Origin: Octopus bimaculoides
Taxonomy: Eukaryota
Length of the DNA: 64,000 nucleotides
Assembly (NCBI RefSeq): GCF_001194135.2
Contig: NC_068989.1
Location: 75,135,054 to 75,199,053 of the forward strand
Reading direction: 5' to 3'
Positions 60,141 to 64,000 of this stretch are shown in pieces. Each line of letters opens with the position of its first letter. Positions within the stretch are counted from its first letter, which is position 1. A program made the translations under genes and the position numbers. The notes beneath the pieces were generated by a model, which saw only the letters and a list, made by a program, of their open reading frames with translations, searched no databases and was not told the origin of the DNA.

Positions 60141-61074
60141 AACATCTGCATACTCTCTCACATACACATTTTTACATATACAAAAAAACTTGAAACCATG
60201 TGGTTGGGAAGCAAACTTTATCACACAGCCATGCCTGCATCTATGATGGAAACAGTTTTTCAAAGACAAAACATAATGGGTGTAATACAGTTTAAATCTA
60301 TGACCATGTTAGCCAGTGAGCCAGAAAATAATTATTCAGAGACAGTGGATTTCTGTTGGTTTTGATGATGGAGATTCTATTGTTTGATCAACTGAATTAT
60401 TTGGTTGTTGAACTAGCACCTAAGTGGTCGAGTATTCCACAGTAACATGTGTGTCATTAGCATAATCTTCCGGTAGAGTTAGCATAACACTGTATGACAA
60501 GGCTGACATTAACAGTCTTCCATAGTTTCCATCAACTTAGTTTCACTGACAAGGCTTTGATCTGCATGAGGCTTTGCTGTCTTGCAATAGGCTCAAACTT
60601 GGTACCGTGTGATTGCAACTTTAGTGAGTGGATGAGAACCAGTATTTTCAGCTTGATATAGCCATGTTGTCATGAGAAATTGTGGAAAGTTACAATGATA
60701 CCTGAAGCAAATATATTGACCAGAGGCACCTGTGTTTACTGAAGCCTGTTGTGCATTATTGATAATAATTTTACATATAAATTTATAATAAATAGATGAA
60801 TAGAAAATAATTGACATACCTGTAATGCCTTCTCTCATGCCCTTCTTTCTCTGTTTGATGTGTTTAAACAGGAGATAACAAATCCTCTTGGTCCCCCAAA
60901 ACAAATAAAATAAGCAAATGCAGTATAGAGTGACGCATGTCACGAAACTCGAACTGTTTCCAAGCATAGTAGAATTTCCCCATTGCCAGGCATTTTTTTT
61001 TTTTTTTTCCAGAATATTAGAGATGAACGACAACACTGTTTATATAATGGTAACTTTCATTTACAACTACTATG

Positions 61075-61445
61075 GCACTCCGTCGGTTATGACGACGAGG
61101 GTTCCAGTTGATCCGATCAACGGAACAGCCTGCTCATGAAATTAACGTGCAAGTGGCTGAGCACTCCACAGACACGTGTACCCTTAATGTAGTTCTCGGG
61201 GAGATTCAGCGTGACACAGACTGTGACAAGGCTGACCCTTTGAATTACAGGCACAACAGAAACAGGAAGTAAGAGTGAGAGAAAGTTGTGGTGAAAGAGT
61301 ACAGCAGGGTTCGCCACCTTCCCCTGCCTGAGCCTCGTGGAGCTTTAGGTGTTTTTGCTCAAACACTCACAACACCTGGTCTGGGAATCGAAACCGCAAT
61401 CCTATGACCGTGAGTCCGCTGCCCTAACCACTGTGCCATTGCGCC
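61075..61445 (-). mobile_element. tRNA-derived SINE, full length (head ggcgcaatggcacagtggttagggcagcggactc), resembling the octopus OR-type SINEs
   Basis: A box tggcacagtgg and B box ggtttcgattccc; tail aaccctcgtcgtcataaccgacggagtgcc. The family name is from recollection. Confidence 0.75.
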
Positions 61446-62149
61446 TCCACATTTACAACTATCATGCTATATCAAGACAAGGTGACACAAACACAGATTT
61501 ATGCATGCAATCGCATGCTTCCCAACCACGTTTCCTGGTTCCATGGGCGTGGCACGTTGGTCTAGTGTCTCTTACTATGGATCCAGACCCAACCAAAGTA
61601 TTGCAAGTGGACTTGGTTGATGGAAACCAGAAGGAGTCTTTTTGTATGTATGTGTCTGTATGTATATATTGTCGTCATCAGCTTTATCTTGTATCTGAGG
61701 ATTTAGTTTCTTCTTTGCTGAGTGTTTCCTTTATGGTGATGGCGTTGGTGATTCTGTAGACCAGTTCTTGCATAAAAGAGTTGATGACATTGGCTGCTTG
61801 GTGGAGGATGAGGTTGATTTTGTTGTGCCTTTCTCTCTTGTCATTTGATTTCTTTCTTTTCTCTTCTGGTAGTTTTGAAGTTTTTAGTATCAATAGAGAT
61901 GGAACACCACCACTTGGTACAGTCTTAGGCTTGTGTTTCAAACTACCAAATTCAATTTCAGGGCTTTGGCTACCCTGGAATTGTAATAGAAGACACTCGA
62001 CTAAGGTACTACACTAGTGGGATGGAACCTAAAACCATGTGGATGGGAAGCAAATTTCTTAACTGCACTGCTACACCTGTGTTTATAATGTGTGTGTATA
62101 TGTATGTATATATATGTGTGTGTGTATATATATGTATAAAAAAAATGTG

Positions 62150-62400
62150 CATGGCTCAGTGGTTAGAGAATTAGGCTCACAATCATGAGGTAGTGAGTTC
62201 GATTCTTGGACTGGGCCGTGTGTTGTGTTCTTGAGCAAGACACTTTATTTTACGTTGCTCCAGTTCACTCAGCTGTAGAAATGAGTTGCGACATTACTGG
62301 TGCCAAGCTGTATCGGCCTTTGCCTTTCCCTTGGATAACATCAGTGGCCAGAAGAGCAGAGGTTGGTATGCATGGACAACTGCTGGTCTTCCATGAAGAA
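62150..62400 (+). mobile_element. tRNA-derived SINE with a Meta/V-type core
   Basis: ggctcagtggttagag...gagttcgattc...gtgttcttgagcaagacacttt...gctccagttcactcagctg. Confidence 0.75.
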
Positions 62401-62879
62401 TCAAGCGTGGACTTTCACTTCTCTTGACACAATATGAGCAAAAAGGGTGATGTTAGGTTTATCTTTGCTATAACCAATTCATCCTGTGGTTGTGTGTCTT
62501 GGGAGGAGGCCATGTGAAGTAATTAATCCCTAACTTGAAAAACAGGCATGGGTTGGAGACATGAAGAGCACTAATTTTGGCCAAATTCATGCCAATATGA
62601 AAAATTGGACATACAACAAATCAAGATGAACATAATACTGCTGTATTATTTTACCTCATTGTTTCCACCTAACTCCTACATCAGCTAAAATTGGGTTAAT
62701 GTAAGGTCAAAGGTCATCCAGCTATGACTTTCATTTTAAAGGTGGGTATCTAGGATTATGTTATCTCTTTTTAAAACCGGAAGTTGTGATTGAAGAGAGT
62801 TGGCTGCTGTTTCTAGCATGTCACTGGACCATGTTAAGGCTCCCTCATTGGCTGGTCTTTTTATGTAGTTAGATTATTT

Positions 62880-63495
62880 GCAGCATTTAGATTATTTATC
62901 ACGACCTCCTCCAAGTTAATTGAACTTAAATCGCTCAAATATCAATCAAAAACGTTGATATCTTCAAATATCTTGGATCACACATAGTAGACTCCTAAAA
63001 GGTCTTTTACATCTGCAAAGCTCTTGCTTGGGATGCATGTAACAACTTGATAAGATCTGGCACTTGAACCTTCCACCCATGTTAAAAGTTAAAATATTTA
63101 GACCTGGACCTTATCGACTCTCTTGGAAAAACAACTAGGTGGAACATATCCCAACCTGCTCAGAAAGATACAGAACATCAGTTGGAGGTCACACCCAACA
63201 CTTAGTAACATCTATGGACATCTGATACCAATATCCCTCAAGCTAAAGCAGAAATGGCTACCTTTTGCTGGCCACTGTCATCAAGCAGAGAAAGAGGTTA
63301 TCTCATCCCTGTGCTATGGCATCCCTCTGGAAGTGGTTTCTCCAGGAAACTGACATTTCCAGATACTATAACTCAGGACTTGGGGCTGGATATTAGAGAT
63401 CTGAACACAGCAATGCAGGACTGTGCAGTGTGGAAGGGGATTGTCAATGGAGTTCCGACCAACTATAGGTTGGTTGAAGGATGGCGATGATTTGC
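62880..63495 (+). mobile_element. Decayed RTE-clade LINE 3' end (different family from the others in the window)
   Basis: LGGTYPNLLRKIQNISWRSHPT...LPFAGHCH resembles the RTE C-terminal LDGxYTRMLR...RLRFAGHC. Confidence 0.7.
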
Positions 63496-64000
63496 AGCAA
63501 TAATGTTTTGGACCAACCAGGGTATTTGTACTAAAATTGAGGGCAATGCTGATATTACTCCTTTCGCAAGAGGTTCAGAGAATCATAAACAGCAGAATAA
63601 TTATACAAGATGCATAGAGAAAGGAAAACTCATTAAGCAGGTAAGCTAGTGGGGGACAAATTTAGTTTAGAGGTTTTTTTCTTACCTATAAGGTGAACGT
63701 CTTGAGTTTCACTCTGAAGGTCAAGACATTATATGTGAGGAGTGAGGTCTTATTTCATTTCAGTATGCAGTTTGTGTTTTGCTTGGTTGCACATTGCACT
63801 GTCTAATTGAAAAGAGCAGAGTGTGTATAATTTTTACTGGGAAAACAATAGAAATACATTAGTGACTAAATAGTGTTTTCTATTTATGTACAATACTATG
63901 TGTGTAGCAGAGATGTGACTGTAAAACAAGAATTTGGAATTGTTTTGGGCACTAGCTCACTGGGAATTTAGCAATCACTCTATGGTACTCACCACTCAGC

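Noticed and set aside
60872-60940. Possible IPO5 exon 4 (acceptor ...gtttaaacag|GAGATAAC, reading GDNKSSWSPKT)
   Set aside because: It does not match the expected DEDGNNQWPEGLKFLF and hits a stop; exon 4 is probably outside the window.
61380-61445. tRNA-like sequences here and at other SINE heads
   Set aside because: A/B boxes continue into SINE bodies and no complete cloverleaf forms; these are SINE heads, not tRNA genes.
61684-61941. Minus-strand 85-aa ORF with KPKTVPSGGVPSL, faintly THAP-like
   Set aside because: It lacks the C2CH zinc ligands and lies between SINE fragments; insufficient evidence.

Overview
Eukaryotic draft-assembly window with seven N-gaps, AT-rich and very repeat-dense. 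The SINE/LINE repertoire points to an octopod mollusc (Octopus-like); this is an inference. The only host gene I can support is importin-5 (IPO5/RanBP5/karyopherin beta-3) on the + strand. Its first three coding exons lie at 22832-22912, 55634-55714 and 57763-57955 and splice in frame with GT-AG sites. The first intron is about 32.7 kb, and exon 4 lies beyond the window. The remainder is mostly mobile DNA: several tRNA-derived SINE families, many 5'-truncated RTE-clade LINEs, a near full-length decayed CR1-type LINE, three Penelope-like fragments, a mariner transposase remnant, mariner- and TTAA-type MITEs, Helitron-like ends, a solo-LTR-like element and microsatellites. The most interesting unexplained structures are a decayed minimal hammerhead ribozyme beside a Penelope fragment, a 260-bp near-perfect hairpin in IPO5 intron 1, a TCT/5'TOP-type start on IPO5, inverted SINE pairs flanking IPO5 exons 2-3, a Helitron-end/SINE chimera present twice, and a second promoter-like island inside intron 1. 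I found no convincing wholly new coding system. Repeat coordinates are approximate (about +/-20 bp) unless a TSD or TIR is quoted.
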